Below, one piece after another: positions 1 through 8,154 of a DNA stretch of 24,000 nt. Every line of letters starts with the position of its first letter. Positions within the stretch are counted from its first letter, which is position 1. The notes beneath the pieces are model-generated. The model did no database searches, was not told where the DNA came from, and was given only the letters and a program-made list of their open reading frames with translations. A program made the translations under genes and the position numbers. Source of the stretch: an uncultured Oscillospiraceae bacterium (GTDB lineage: Bacteria; Bacillota; Clostridia; Oscillospirales; Oscillospiraceae); NCBI GenBank assembly GCA_934512135.1, contig CAKSWT010000008.1:1415-25414 (forward strand). Direction: 5' to 3'.

Positions 1-334
1 ATGCCATCAGTATGAAACTCACGGCAAGGACCATGACAATGGAGTTTCCCACACTTGCTTTTGCGGTATCCTCCTCGCCACGGCCTAGACTGATGCTGAC
101 AAAAGCGCAGCAGCCATCTCCAATCATAACCGCTAGAGCCAGCGCCACTACCGTGAGCGGAAAAACCACGGTGTTGGCGGCATTGCCAAAGGAGCCGAGA
201 TAGCTGGCGTTGGCGATAAAAATCTGATCTACAATGTTGTACAGCGCACCGACCAGCAGAGAAATAATACAGGGAACCGCATATTGCAGCATCAGCCGGC
301 CAATCCGTTCCATTCCCAGCGTTTGATGTTCCAT
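1..334 (-). CDS. MATE family efflux transporter, N-terminal part (truncated by window edge)
   Basis: Reverse-strand reading from ATG at 334 gives MEHQTLGMERIGRLMLQYAVPCIISLLVGALYNIVDQIFIANASYLGSFGNAANTVVFPLTVVALALAVMIGDGCCAF..., the typical MATE N-terminus. SD AGGAGG (345-350, minus). Not in the ORF track because the 3' end is outside the window. Confidence 0.9.
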   Translation of the reverse strand, partial: MEHQTLGMERIGRLMLQYAVPCIISLLVGALYNIVDQIFIANASYLGSFGNAANTVVFPLTVVALALAVMIGDGCCAFVSISLGRGEEDTAKASVGNSIVMVLAVSFILMA

Positions 335-356
335 TGGATAAAATCCTCCTGTTCAT

Positions 357-407
357 AGAAAAAACGTGTAGCATCTGCCAACCGGAATTACGCAGATGCT
401 ACACGTT
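357..407 (-). terminator. Strong intrinsic terminator-like hairpin just upstream of the MATE RBS
   Basis: Perfect 16-bp inverted repeat 363-378 / 392-407 (AACGTGTAGCATCTGC...GCAGATGCTACACGTT), 13-nt loop; the minus strand reads into six T (plus-strand A 359-364). Confidence 0.8.
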
Positions 408-417
408 GATGCCGCTA

Positions 418-446
418 ATCATACAAGATTTTATCGAGATTTGCAA
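418..446 (-). promoter_or_regulatory. Candidate sigma-A promoter for the MATE gene
   Basis: Minus strand TTGCAA (441-446) - 17 nt - TATGAT (418-423). Confidence 0.45.
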
Positions 447-490
447 AGGACATTTTCACCAAAAATTTCTTCATGCGTTAGACAAACTGT

Positions 491-518
491 ATGGCGCAGC
501 CAAGGGTGGCTGCACCAT
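491..518 (-). terminator. Hairpin 3' of livF (possible liv operon 3' end, weak U-tract)
   Basis: Minus strand ATGGTGCAGCCA-CCCT-TGGCTGCGCCAT: 12-bp stem with one wobble, 4-nt loop, 5 nt after the livF stop; followed by ACAGTTTGTC. Confidence 0.45.
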
Positions 519-523
519 GGGGA

Positions 524-1231
524 TTACTGTTTGGATTTGCCCAGGTACAACTCCTTGACCTGTTCGTTGGCCAGTAGCTCCGCTCCGGTGCCCTGAAGGG
601 AGATGCGGCCGGTTTCCATGACGTAGCCGTAGCTGGCCACCTTCAGGGCCATATTGGCGTTTTGCTCGTTCAGAAGCACTGTAGTGCCCTGTTTGTTGAT
701 CTCTTGAATAATGGAGAAGATGCTCTGGACAATGATGGGGGCCAGGCCAAGAGAGGGCTCATCCATCATAATAATTTTTGGCTTGGACATCAGCGCCCGG
801 CCAACGGCCAGCATCTGCTGTTCGCCACCGGAAAGGGTGCCGGCGGCCTGCCAGGAACGCTCCTTCAGCCGGGGAAACAGGGCATACACCCGTTCAATAT
901 CATCCTTGAGACTGTCCTTGCGCATATAACCGCCGATTTTCAGGTTCTCCAAAACGGTCATATCCGGGAACACATGACGGCCCTCGGGAACCAGCGTGAT
1001 GCCCTTGGACACGATGTCGGTGGTGCTTTGGCCCAGCAGTTCCTCTCCATCTAAGGTGATGGAGCCGCTTTTGGCCTGGACCAGACCCACAATGGAGCGA
1101 AGGGTGGTGGACTTGCCTGCGCCGTTGGCACCGACCAGCGTAATGATACTTCCGTCCGGAACGTCCAGGGAAATGCCCTTGACGGCCTCAATGCCGCCAT
1201 AGTTTACATAGAGATTGTCAATTTTAAGCAT
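524..1231 (-). CDS. livF: Branched-chain amino acid ABC transporter ATP-binding protein LivF
   Basis: Walker A GANGAGKST, signature LSGGEQQMLAVGRALM; last gene in a livJHMGF-type operon; about 235 aa as for LivF. Confidence 0.93.
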   Translation of the reverse strand: MLKIDNLYVNYGGIEAVKGISLDVPDGSIITLVGANGAGKSTTLRSIVGLVQAKSGSITLDGEELLGQSTTDIVSKGITLVPEGRHVFPDMTVLENLKIGGYMRKDSLKDDIERVYALFPRLKERSWQAAGTLSGGEQQMLAVGRALMSKPKIIMMDEPSLGLAPIIVQSIFSIIQEINKQGTTVLLNEQNANMALKVASYGYVMETGRISLQGTGAELLANEQVKELYLGKSKQ

Positions 1232-2066
1232 CGCTGCTCACCCCCAAGTATGCGTCAATGACCCGCTGGTTGCGCTGTACCTCGGCAGGTGTGCCGGAGG
1301 CAATGAGCTTGCCGAAATCCAAGACATAAATGCGGTCGGAGATCTGCATGACCAGGTCCATGTGGTGCTCGATCATAAAAATGGTGAGATCATATTTGTC
1401 CCGAATTTCCAGAATAAAATCGGTGAGCTCCTGGGTCTCCTGGGGGTTCATGCCTGCGGCGGGCTCATCCAGCAGCAGCAGCTTCGGATTGGTAGCCAGG
1501 GCCCGGGCAATTTCCAGGCGGCGCTGGAGTCCATAGGGGAGGGAACCGGCGATCTCATCCTTCAGGTGCAGAAGATTTTGCTCCTCCAGCAGGGCGGCGG
1601 TTTCCTCCCGCATCCGCTTTTCTTCGCTGTAGCTCAGGCGGAAGGTGGAGGTGAACCAGTTGTGCTTGGCACGCATGTGCTTGGCAATCAGCACATTGTC
1701 AAAGACCGTGAGCTGGGAAAACAGACGGATATTCTGGAAGGTACGGGCGACGCCCAGTTTTGTAATTTTATCCGGGGTGGGACTGAGAATGTGGGTATAT
1801 TCTCCCAGGTGCTCGCCGGAATACAGCCTCTTCATTTTGCCCTGGGGGTGGTTTTCCACCATGGGCTTACCCTGGAAGGACACCAGGCCGTTGGTGGGCT
1901 CGTAGACGCCGGTAATGCAGTTGAAGGCAGTGGTTTTGCCAGCGCCGTTGGGGCCAATGAGCGCCACGATCTCGCCCTGATTTACATCCAGACTCAGACC
2001 GTTCACCGCCACCACGCCACCGAACTGCATGGTGACGTTTTCCACATGCAGAACGTTCTCACTCAT
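1224..2066 (-). CDS. livG: Branched-chain amino acid ABC transporter ATP-binding protein LivG
   Basis: Walker A GPNGAGKTT, LivG-type GLARTFQNIRLF, and LPYGLQRRLEIARALA; overlaps livF by 8 nt. Confidence 0.93.
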   Translation of the reverse strand: MSENVLHVENVTMQFGGVVAVNGLSLDVNQGEIVALIGPNGAGKTTAFNCITGVYEPTNGLVSFQGKPMVENHPQGKMKRLYSGEHLGEYTHILSPTPDKITKLGVARTFQNIRLFSQLTVFDNVLIAKHMRAKHNWFTSTFRLSYSEEKRMREETAALLEEQNLLHLKDEIAGSLPYGLQRRLEIARALATNPKLLLLDEPAAGMNPQETQELTDFILEIRDKYDLTIFMIEHHMDLVMQISDRIYVLDFGKLIASGTPAEVQRNQRVIDAYLGVSSDA

Positions 2067-3307
2067 TTCGCCACCTCCTTGCTTGCGGTTTTTTGACGCT
2101 TCCGAAACAGCTCAGGAAGCTCCTTGGTGCCCATGATGCCCCGGCGGAAGAACAGCACCACAATCATAATAATCACAGAGAATACCACCATGCGGAAGCC
2201 GTTCCGCAGCAGAGGCACCTTCGTCTGACCGGTGGCTGCAAAATAGATGAGCCAAATCAGGACCAGACCGCTGACTCCCGCCCCGATGCCATAGGGCAGA
2301 CGCGCTTTGGCCTTGGGCTTCACCAGCCGGAACACCATCATGGCCAGCAGAATTGCAAAGATCACCGCCATAACGACCACAAACTGAGTGCGGCCTGCGG
2401 TGGAGAGGATGGTCTCCTGATCCAGGAAACGCAGCCACCACTCGCTGCAGGCGATGTACAGGAAGGACGCCAGGATACTGCCGGAAATGGAGCCGATGCC
2501 GCCGATGACCACAATCAAAAGAATCTCATAGGTCATGGCCGACTTAAAGATGGCAGCCTGAACAGAGGTCTGGTACATGGCCAGCAGGGCGCCGCCGATT
2601 CCGGCAAAAAACGAGGAGATGCAGAAGGAGAGCATCTTGTGCCGGGTCAGGTTGATGCCCATGGCCTCGGCGGCGATTTCATCCTCCCGAATGGCCTTAA
2701 AGGCCCGGCCATAGGAGGAGTTAATCAGCAGCAGAATCACAGCCACACAAATACCAACCACCAGGAAGTAGGAGATGGTGGACTGAAATACCGGGAATTT
2801 CCGAAGGAGGTTGGAGCCGTTGGTAACAGGGCCCAGGACGTTCCACTGGAAAACTGCCCGGATAATCTCCGCAAAGCCCAATGTGGCAATGGCCAGATAA
2901 TCGCTCTTTAGGCGGAGCACCGGGAGACCGATGAGAAAGGCAAAGGCGGCAGCCACAAGGCCAGCCAGAACCAGCGCCAGGGGAACGGGAAGCGTGAACT
3001 GAATTACGCCGCCGTCAAAGTACTGATACACAGAAGCCCGGTCGGCCACGGGAATGGTGAAGATGCCGTAGGTATATGCGCCCAGGAGCATAAAGCCTGC
3101 CTGGCCCAGAGAGAACAAGCCGGTGAATCCGTTAAGCAGGTTCATAGAAACTGCAATCAGCGCATAAATGGAGCCTTTTTTCAGAACCATAAATAGCATA
3201 TTCCAGGAGGGAGGCGCCAGCTTCTCGGCAATCCCCACAAAGAGGAACACGGCAAGGACGATACAGGCGGTAATCAGTGTGCCGCGTTTGTTTTCAAATT
3301 TTTTCAT
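2063..3307 (-). CDS. livM: Branched-chain amino acid ABC transporter permease LivM
   Basis: LivM-type permease (ALIAVSMNLLNGFTGLFSLGQAGFMLLGAYTYG; KAIREDEIAAEAMGIN). ORF track starts at 3319 (TTG); ATG at 3307 with SD GAGGTG is more likely. 4-nt overlap with livG. Confidence 0.92.
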   Translation of the reverse strand: MKKFENKRGTLITACIVLAVFLFVGIAEKLAPPSWNMLFMVLKKGSIYALIAVSMNLLNGFTGLFSLGQAGFMLLGAYTYGIFTIPVADRASVYQYFDGGVIQFTLPVPLALVLAGLVAAAFAFLIGLPVLRLKSDYLAIATLGFAEIIRAVFQWNVLGPVTNGSNLLRKFPVFQSTISYFLVVGICVAVILLLINSSYGRAFKAIREDEIAAEAMGINLTRHKMLSFCISSFFAGIGGALLAMYQTSVQAAIFKSAMTYEILLIVVIGGIGSISGSILASFLYIACSEWWLRFLDQETILSTAGRTQFVVVMAVIFAILLAMMVFRLVKPKAKARLPYGIGAGVSGLVLIWLIYFAATGQTKVPLLRNGFRMVVFSVIIMIVVLFFRRGIMGTKELPELFRKRQKTASKEVAK

Positions 3308-3315
3308 GGCGCACC

Positions 3316-4230
3316 TCAAACTTTCTCTGTGGCTTTTTCACCGAACAGGCCGGTGGGCTTAACCACGAGGATGATAATCAGCAGCGCAAAGGTCACGGCG
3401 TCGGAGAAGGTCGCCAGCCCCAGGTTCAGGTTGATCCCTGCCATGGCCAGCATCGCCTCCAGACCCTTGACGATGTTTTCACAGATGCCGATGATGAATG
3501 CGCCAATCACAGCGCCGGGAATAGAGCCGATGCCCCCAAACACCGCAGCTACAAAGGCCTTCAGACCGGGCATGGCGCCGGAGGTATAGGTGACGGCGGT
3601 GTAGTTGGTGAAGTAGAGCACAGAGCCGATGGCGGCCAGGAAGGAGCCGATGACGAAGGTGGCGCTGATGACGGCGTTGATTTTGATGCCCATCAGCTGA
3701 GCCGTGTCATAATCCTTTGCCACAGCCCGCATGGCCATGCCAATCTTTGTGTGGTTGATGAGCATAACCAGGCCAAAGACCAGGGCAATCACCAGGAAGG
3801 GGGTCACCAGGGTGACAACCTTTGTGGTGGCGGGGCCGATGCTCACGGAGTTGGAGATGCCGGGAATGGTGGGATACTGCTGAGCCAGTCCGCCGGTGAT
3901 ATAGGCGGCCAGGTTTTGCAGCAGATAGCTCACGCCGATGGCGGAGATCATAATAGACATCCGGGGGGCGGAGCGCAGGGGCTTGTAGGCCACCCGCTCA
4001 ATGGCAAAGCCGATGATGACCGTTAAAATCAGCATCAGCGGCATGGAAATATACAGGGGAAGGGTGGTACTGAGATAGACCATCATGACACCGGCCACCA
4101 TAAACACGTCGCCGTGGGCGAAGTTGATGAGCCGAAGAATGCCGTAGACCATGGTATAGCCAATCGCAATCAGCGCGTACTGGCCGCCTACGGAGATTCC
4201 CGACAGCAGGTAGGGAAGAACGACACTCAT
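3316..4230 (-). CDS. livH: Branched-chain amino acid ABC transporter permease LivH
   Basis: LivH-type permease (GLINFAHGDVFMVAG; MRAVAKDYDTAQLMGI); SD AGGAGG upstream. Confidence 0.93.
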   Translation of the reverse strand: MSVVLPYLLSGISVGGQYALIAIGYTMVYGILRLINFAHGDVFMVAGVMMVYLSTTLPLYISMPLMLILTVIIGFAIERVAYKPLRSAPRMSIMISAIGVSYLLQNLAAYITGGLAQQYPTIPGISNSVSIGPATTKVVTLVTPFLVIALVFGLVMLINHTKIGMAMRAVAKDYDTAQLMGIKINAVISATFVIGSFLAAIGSVLYFTNYTAVTYTSGAMPGLKAFVAAVFGGIGSIPGAVIGAFIIGICENIVKGLEAMLAMAGINLNLGLATFSDAVTFALLIIILVVKPTGLFGEKATEKV

Positions 4231-4259
4231 GGATAAACCTCCTAAATGATAGATTTGAG

Positions 4260-4304
4260 CTGTCTCGAAAGAGACCAGTATGGGCTAGGTTCCTTTCGAG
4301 GCAG
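4260..4304 (-). other. Stem-loop in the livJ-livH intergenic region
   Basis: CTGTCTCGAAAG (4260-4271) pairs with CTTTCGAGGCAG (4293-4304), 12 bp with one wobble, 21-nt loop. Confidence 0.55.
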
Positions 4305-4328
4305 CCCAAAGTGAGAGCATCGGGAAAG

Positions 4329-4352
4329 CCGGAGACCCTGTAGGGTCTCCGG
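4329..4352 (-). terminator. Terminator/attenuator-like or 3'-protective hairpin after livJ
   Basis: Perfect 11-bp inverted repeat CCGGAGACCCT-GT-AGGGTCTCCGG, 22 nt after the livJ stop; minus strand continues CTTTCCC (poor U-tract). Confidence 0.55.
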
Positions 4353-4374
4353 TTGGTATTGTGATTATGGGTGC

Positions 4375-5607
4375 TTATTCGACGCCCTGCTCACGAACCA
4401 GATCCCATGCAGCAGTTTCGGTGTTGCACTTTTTGATGAAAGCGGTGGTACGGTTGGCATCGCCGGTCTCGTTAAAGGAGATCTCGCCGGTTACGCCGGT
4501 GTACTTCACAGAGGGGAGGGCAGCCTTCACGGCGGCGGGGTCGGTAGAGCCGGCAGACTTCAGGGCCTCCAGAGCCACGAAGTAAGCGTCATAGCCCATG
4601 GCGGACACGGCAGCCAGCTGATCGTTGCCGCCGTTGTTGGCGAGGGCTGTGGCATCGGAGTTGATGTACTCCTTGATGCCCTTATCGAAGTCGGGGTTGC
4701 CGCCCTCCTGATAGAAGGTGGTCACATAGATTTCAACATTGGTGCCCTTCGCGGCGTTGGCAACCACGTTGGAGTCCCAGGTGTCGCTGGCCAGCAGGGG
4801 AATGCCCAGGCCCTGGACGTTTGCCTGCTCCACAATGTTTGCGGCGGCCTCAATGGAAACCGGGGCAAAGAACACGTCGCAGCCCTGGCTCTTGGCGTTA
4901 GTGACGTAGGAGGTGAAGTCGGAGTTGCCCTCGGGGAAGGTCTCATAGACCACTTCGCCGCCCAGCTTCTCAAAGGCCTCAATGAAGTAGTTGCAGACGC
5001 CCACGGAGTAGTCGTCGCCGAGCTTAGCCAGGCAGTAGGCCTTCTTGGCCTTCAGATCGCCGTTGGCGAAGTTGGCCAGGACGGTGCCCTGGAAGGGATC
5101 CAGGAAGCAAATACGGAAATAGTGGTCGTTGCCTTCGGTAACCTGGGGGTTGGTGCAGGTGACGCCGATGGCGGCAACGCCACCGTTTTTGAACACGTCA
5201 GAAGCGGCAATGGCAACAGCGGAACCATAGGAGCCCAGAACCACGGATACACCGTCGGACACCAGCTGCTGGGCAGCGGAGGGACCCTTATCGGTGGAGG
5301 ACTGGTTGTCCACGATCTCCAGCTGGACGGTGTAGGTCTCGCCGCCGATCTCTACGGTGGGCTGAACCTTGTTGGCATACTGAATGCCCAGAGTCTCCTG
5401 CTTGCCGCCGGCGCCGTTGTCGCCGGAAGCGGGCTCATAGACACCAATTTTTACGACCTTGCCATCGGTGGCGGCCTGAGTTGCGGCAGCGGCATCTGTG
5501 CCAGAGGCAGCCGCGGAACCGGCGGCTTCTGTGCCGCAGCCCGCAAAGGCGGTGACCATCATGGCCGAGGCCAGGAGCATTGCCAGAACTTTTTTGGAAG
5601 TTTTCAT
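4375..5607 (-). CDS. livJ: Branched-chain amino acid ABC transporter substrate-binding lipoprotein
   Basis: Lipoprotein signal MKTSKKVLAMLLASAMMVTAFAGC; periplasmic-binding fold with LivJ-like motifs (GVSVVLGSYGSAVAIAASDVFKNGGVAAIG; YDAYFVALEALKSAG); adjacent to livHMGF. Confidence 0.92.
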   Translation of the reverse strand: MKTSKKVLAMLLASAMMVTAFAGCGTEAAGSAAASGTDAAAATQAATDGKVVKIGVYEPASGDNGAGGKQETLGIQYANKVQPTVEIGGETYTVQLEIVDNQSSTDKGPSAAQQLVSDGVSVVLGSYGSAVAIAASDVFKNGGVAAIGVTCTNPQVTEGNDHYFRICFLDPFQGTVLANFANGDLKAKKAYCLAKLGDDYSVGVCNYFIEAFEKLGGEVVYETFPEGNSDFTSYVTNAKSQGCDVFFAPVSIEAAANIVEQANVQGLGIPLLASDTWDSNVVANAAKGTNVEIYVTTFYQEGGNPDFDKGIKEYINSDATALANNGGNDQLAAVSAMGYDAYFVALEALKSAGSTDPAAVKAALPSVKYTGVTGEISFNETGDANRTTAFIKKCNTETAAWDLVREQGVE

Positions 5608-5672
5608 GGAATACTTTACTCCTTCACATGTTATTTCCGCTGGATGAAATCCTGCAGATTTTTGATGTGAAC

Positions 5673-5702
5673 ATTATACCGCAGTCAACTTGCAAAAATC
5701 AA
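5673..5702 (-). promoter_or_regulatory. Candidate sigma-A promoter for the liv operon
   Basis: Minus strand TTGATT (5697-5702) - 18 nt - TATAAT (5673-5678). Confidence 0.6.
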
Positions 5703-5938
5703 CTGTTTTTTTTGGGTCAATCCGGCAAAACCCGAAAGAAAGTGAATTTGCATGACTTTATTCTTGCGTGTTTTCTGGCGGGAAACAATCACATGGACAA
5801 ATGTACGCCGCAGAAATACATGCATGAAATATGAAAAAAGCACCCCTAAAAATTCATGAAAATTCACCATGGCCGCCCAGAGAAAGAAACCATCGAGAAT
5901 GGGGGGCATTTGCAGGATGCCATGCAGAAGGGACGTTT

Positions 5939-7138
5939 CTACGGGGAGGGAAGGTCCACAAGCATTTGAACACGGTTATAAAAGCTGGACCGGGACCCGC
6001 TGGCATCCACATCAACGGTGACGATTTTTCCCTGGGGGAGCCTTCGACCCAGGCCGGGGTAGTATCCCTTTCCACAGACGTGGCCGGGCAGACAGCCGAA
6101 GGGGTGGATGGCCAAAACCTTTGGACAGCCGTGATGGACCATAGATACAGCCTCCGCCCCCAACAGCCATCCGTCTCCTACGGTAATCCCCATGGGAACG
6201 TAGGGGGCGGCCTCCTGCTTCATCACGCTGAAATCTGGCGCGGCATGGAAGCGGAATTGGCGCAGCGCATCCAGCATGTCCCGTTGGAGCGCCAGAAGCA
6301 GGCGGCTCAGACCGGAATAGAGGACCCGGGAGGGGCCGGCTTCCGGCCGGTGGGAATCCAGGTAGTATTGCACATACCAGCTCAGCCCGTCTACATAGGC
6401 CTCGCAGTGGCAGGATTCCAGATAGGAAAGCACGCTCCAGTTGCCCAGGTGGCAGTACTTGGTGTAGACATCGCCGATGATGCCGATTCGCTGTTTGGGG
6501 ACACCGGAGCGGGGGAGTGCGGTAAAGGATTGGGCTATGCGCAGGAAGTTCTGACGCATGTGACGAAGGGTCAGGTGGGAGCCGGATTGAAGATCCTGCC
6601 CCAAGGTCTGAAACCACTGCTGGCGGAGGGCTTCTGCGGCTCCGGGGACGGCTTCATAGGGGCGGGTTTGATTGCACAATAGCATCAGAATATCCCCATA
6701 ATACATGGCAAACAGCGCTCGCCAGACCATGGACAGGTGAATGGGAACGCAGTGCCCCCGGTCCAATCCCTTGACATTCATGGACAGCACCGGAACCTGA
6801 GAAAATCCTGCGGCATGCACGGCTTTCCGCAGGGCGCTGATGTAGTTGGAGCCTCGGCAGGCGTCTCCCAGCGTAGGCATCAGCAGACAGGTGCGGGATA
6901 GTGGATAATCTCCGGAGCCAAGTGCCCCAAGAAGCTGGCCCACATTCAAGATACAGGGATAGCACATATCGTTGTTGACGTATTTCAGGCCAAGGTCGGT
7001 GATTTGGGCCTCGTTGGACAGAATCACAGGGTGAAAGGCGCTGGAATACAGGGCATATTGAAGCAGGGGGAAATGGTCGTCCAGCATGGCGGGCACCAGT
7101 AACAGACGGGCCCCCGGGGAATAGTCAATGGGACGCAT
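5939..7138 (-). CDS. DUF2229 / 2-hydroxyacyl-CoA dehydratase activase-related (CoA protein activase-like) protein, stand-alone
   Basis: Contains NNDMCYPCILNVGQ, LMPTLGDACRGSNY and C-terminal IHPFGCLPGHVCGKG...VTVDVDASGSRSSFYNRVQML, resembling the C-terminal part of large HgdC-DUF2229 proteins. SD GGAGGTG. Confidence 0.7.
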   Translation of the reverse strand: MRPIDYSPGARLLLVPAMLDDHFPLLQYALYSSAFHPVILSNEAQITDLGLKYVNNDMCYPCILNVGQLLGALGSGDYPLSRTCLLMPTLGDACRGSNYISALRKAVHAAGFSQVPVLSMNVKGLDRGHCVPIHLSMVWRALFAMYYGDILMLLCNQTRPYEAVPGAAEALRQQWFQTLGQDLQSGSHLTLRHMRQNFLRIAQSFTALPRSGVPKQRIGIIGDVYTKYCHLGNWSVLSYLESCHCEAYVDGLSWYVQYYLDSHRPEAGPSRVLYSGLSRLLLALQRDMLDALRQFRFHAAPDFSVMKQEAAPYVPMGITVGDGWLLGAEAVSMVHHGCPKVLAIHPFGCLPGHVCGKGYYPGLGRRLPQGKIVTVDVDASGSRSSFYNRVQMLVDLPSP

Positions 7139-7150
7139 GGATCCACCTCC

Positions 7151-7186
7151 AAAAAGCCGCAGGACAGCTGTGGCGCTGCCCTGCGG
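7151..7186 (-). terminator. Intrinsic terminator-like hairpin directly abutting the RBS of the DUF2229 gene
   Basis: Minus strand CCGCAGGGCAGC-GCCACA-GCTGTCCTGCGG-CTTTTT: 12-bp stem (one wobble), 6-nt loop, T5, followed directly by GGAGGTG (SD) GATCC ATG. Confidence 0.7.
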
Positions 7187-7192
7187 TGGTAC

Positions 7193-8137
7193 TTATATGT
7201 ATCCGAGGCTGCGGATGAGAAATACCCACAGGGTCAAGGTGATGCTGGACAGAACCGTGGCCGTCATGACCACACTGGCGGAAAGCGTTTCGTCGCCGCC
7301 CATATTCTTGGCCATAATATAGCAGGTCACCGTGGTGGGGGAGGCCAGCATAATCATAATGGCCACCAGCTCGCTGCTGCGGAAGCCCATGGCAATGGCC
7401 ACCGGGAACACCAATGCCGGGATTATGACCAGCTTCAGCATGGCTGCGGCAACGGTAGGGCCGATTTTCTGAAGAGCTTCCCGGCCCTTGAAGGTGGCGC
7501 CCAGAACCAGAAGGGCCAGAGGGGTGGCGGTGGAGGCCACATAGCCCACGGATTTGCTGAGGATCACTGGCCAGGGGAGCCCGCACAAGCTCCAGACCAT
7601 ACCGGCGGCGATGCCGAGGATGATGGGGTTGGTTATGACGCCTCGGAGGGTTTTCTTCATCACGGCACCGCTGAGCTTCCCCTCTGCGGAGGAGACAGTG
7701 AGGATGATGACCGAGTAGATGTTAAACAGAGGTACGGCCGCCACGATCATCATAGGCGTCATGCCAGAGGTCCCGTAGATGTTTTCCACAAAGCTGATGC
7801 CGAGAATGGCGGCAGAGCCCCGGGCTGCGGCTTGGGAAAAGGCGCCCACCATGGATTTGTCCTTTAAAAACAGTCGGGCAATGAGCCAGCAGGCGGCGAA
7901 CATAAAGGTAGTGGCGGCCATGCAAAACAGGACAAAGGGCCAGGAGAAGTCGGAGCGGATGTCCATGGTGGCAATGTCCCGGAACAGCTGCACCGGAAGG
8001 GCCACCTTGAACACAAATTTGTCGGCAACGGAGGCGAAGCCCTCGGTGAGCAGGCCGATACGCTTCAAAAACCCGCCCACCAAAATGATCACGAAAATTG
8101 GCATGGTGACATTCAGACTAAAAATAAAGTTTTCCAT
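7193..8137 (-). CDS. AEC (auxin efflux carrier) family permease
   Basis: MENFIFSLNVTMPIFVIILVGGFLKRIGLLTEGFASVADKFVFKVALPVQLFRDIA; 314 aa, ten-TM-like pattern, typical of Firmicute AEC transporters. Confidence 0.88.
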   Translation of the reverse strand: MENFIFSLNVTMPIFVIILVGGFLKRIGLLTEGFASVADKFVFKVALPVQLFRDIATMDIRSDFSWPFVLFCMAATTFMFAACWLIARLFLKDKSMVGAFSQAAARGSAAILGISFVENIYGTSGMTPMMIVAAVPLFNIYSVIILTVSSAEGKLSGAVMKKTLRGVITNPIILGIAAGMVWSLCGLPWPVILSKSVGYVASTATPLALLVLGATFKGREALQKIGPTVAAAMLKLVIIPALVFPVAIAMGFRSSELVAIMIMLASPTTVTCYIMAKNMGGDETLSASVVMTATVLSSITLTLWVFLIRSLGYI

Positions 8138-8154
8138 ACGGCGGCGCTCCCCAA

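Noticed and set aside
415-474. Minus-strand 19-aa mini-ORF MKKFLVKMSFANLDKILYD just before the MATE leader hairpin
   Set aside because: Tempting as a leader peptide, but it has no Shine-Dalgarno and overlaps the candidate -35/-10 elements, so it would not be in the transcript from that promoter. Only worth reviving if a TSS maps upstream of 474.
334-558. Plus-strand 74-aa ORF in the intergenic region left of livF
   Set aside because: Overlaps terminator and promoter elements of the minus strand; no RBS or homology recognised.
5665-5671. TTCACAT at the livJ transcript 5' end complementary to ATGTGAA next to the livJ SD (minus strand)
   Set aside because: Predicted TSS near 5666 would exclude most of the 5' arm, so RBS sequestration is not well supported.
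5831-6682. 283-aa plus-strand ORF opposite the DUF2229 gene
   Set aside because: Mostly antisense to a better supported coding region; sequence looks non-protein-like.
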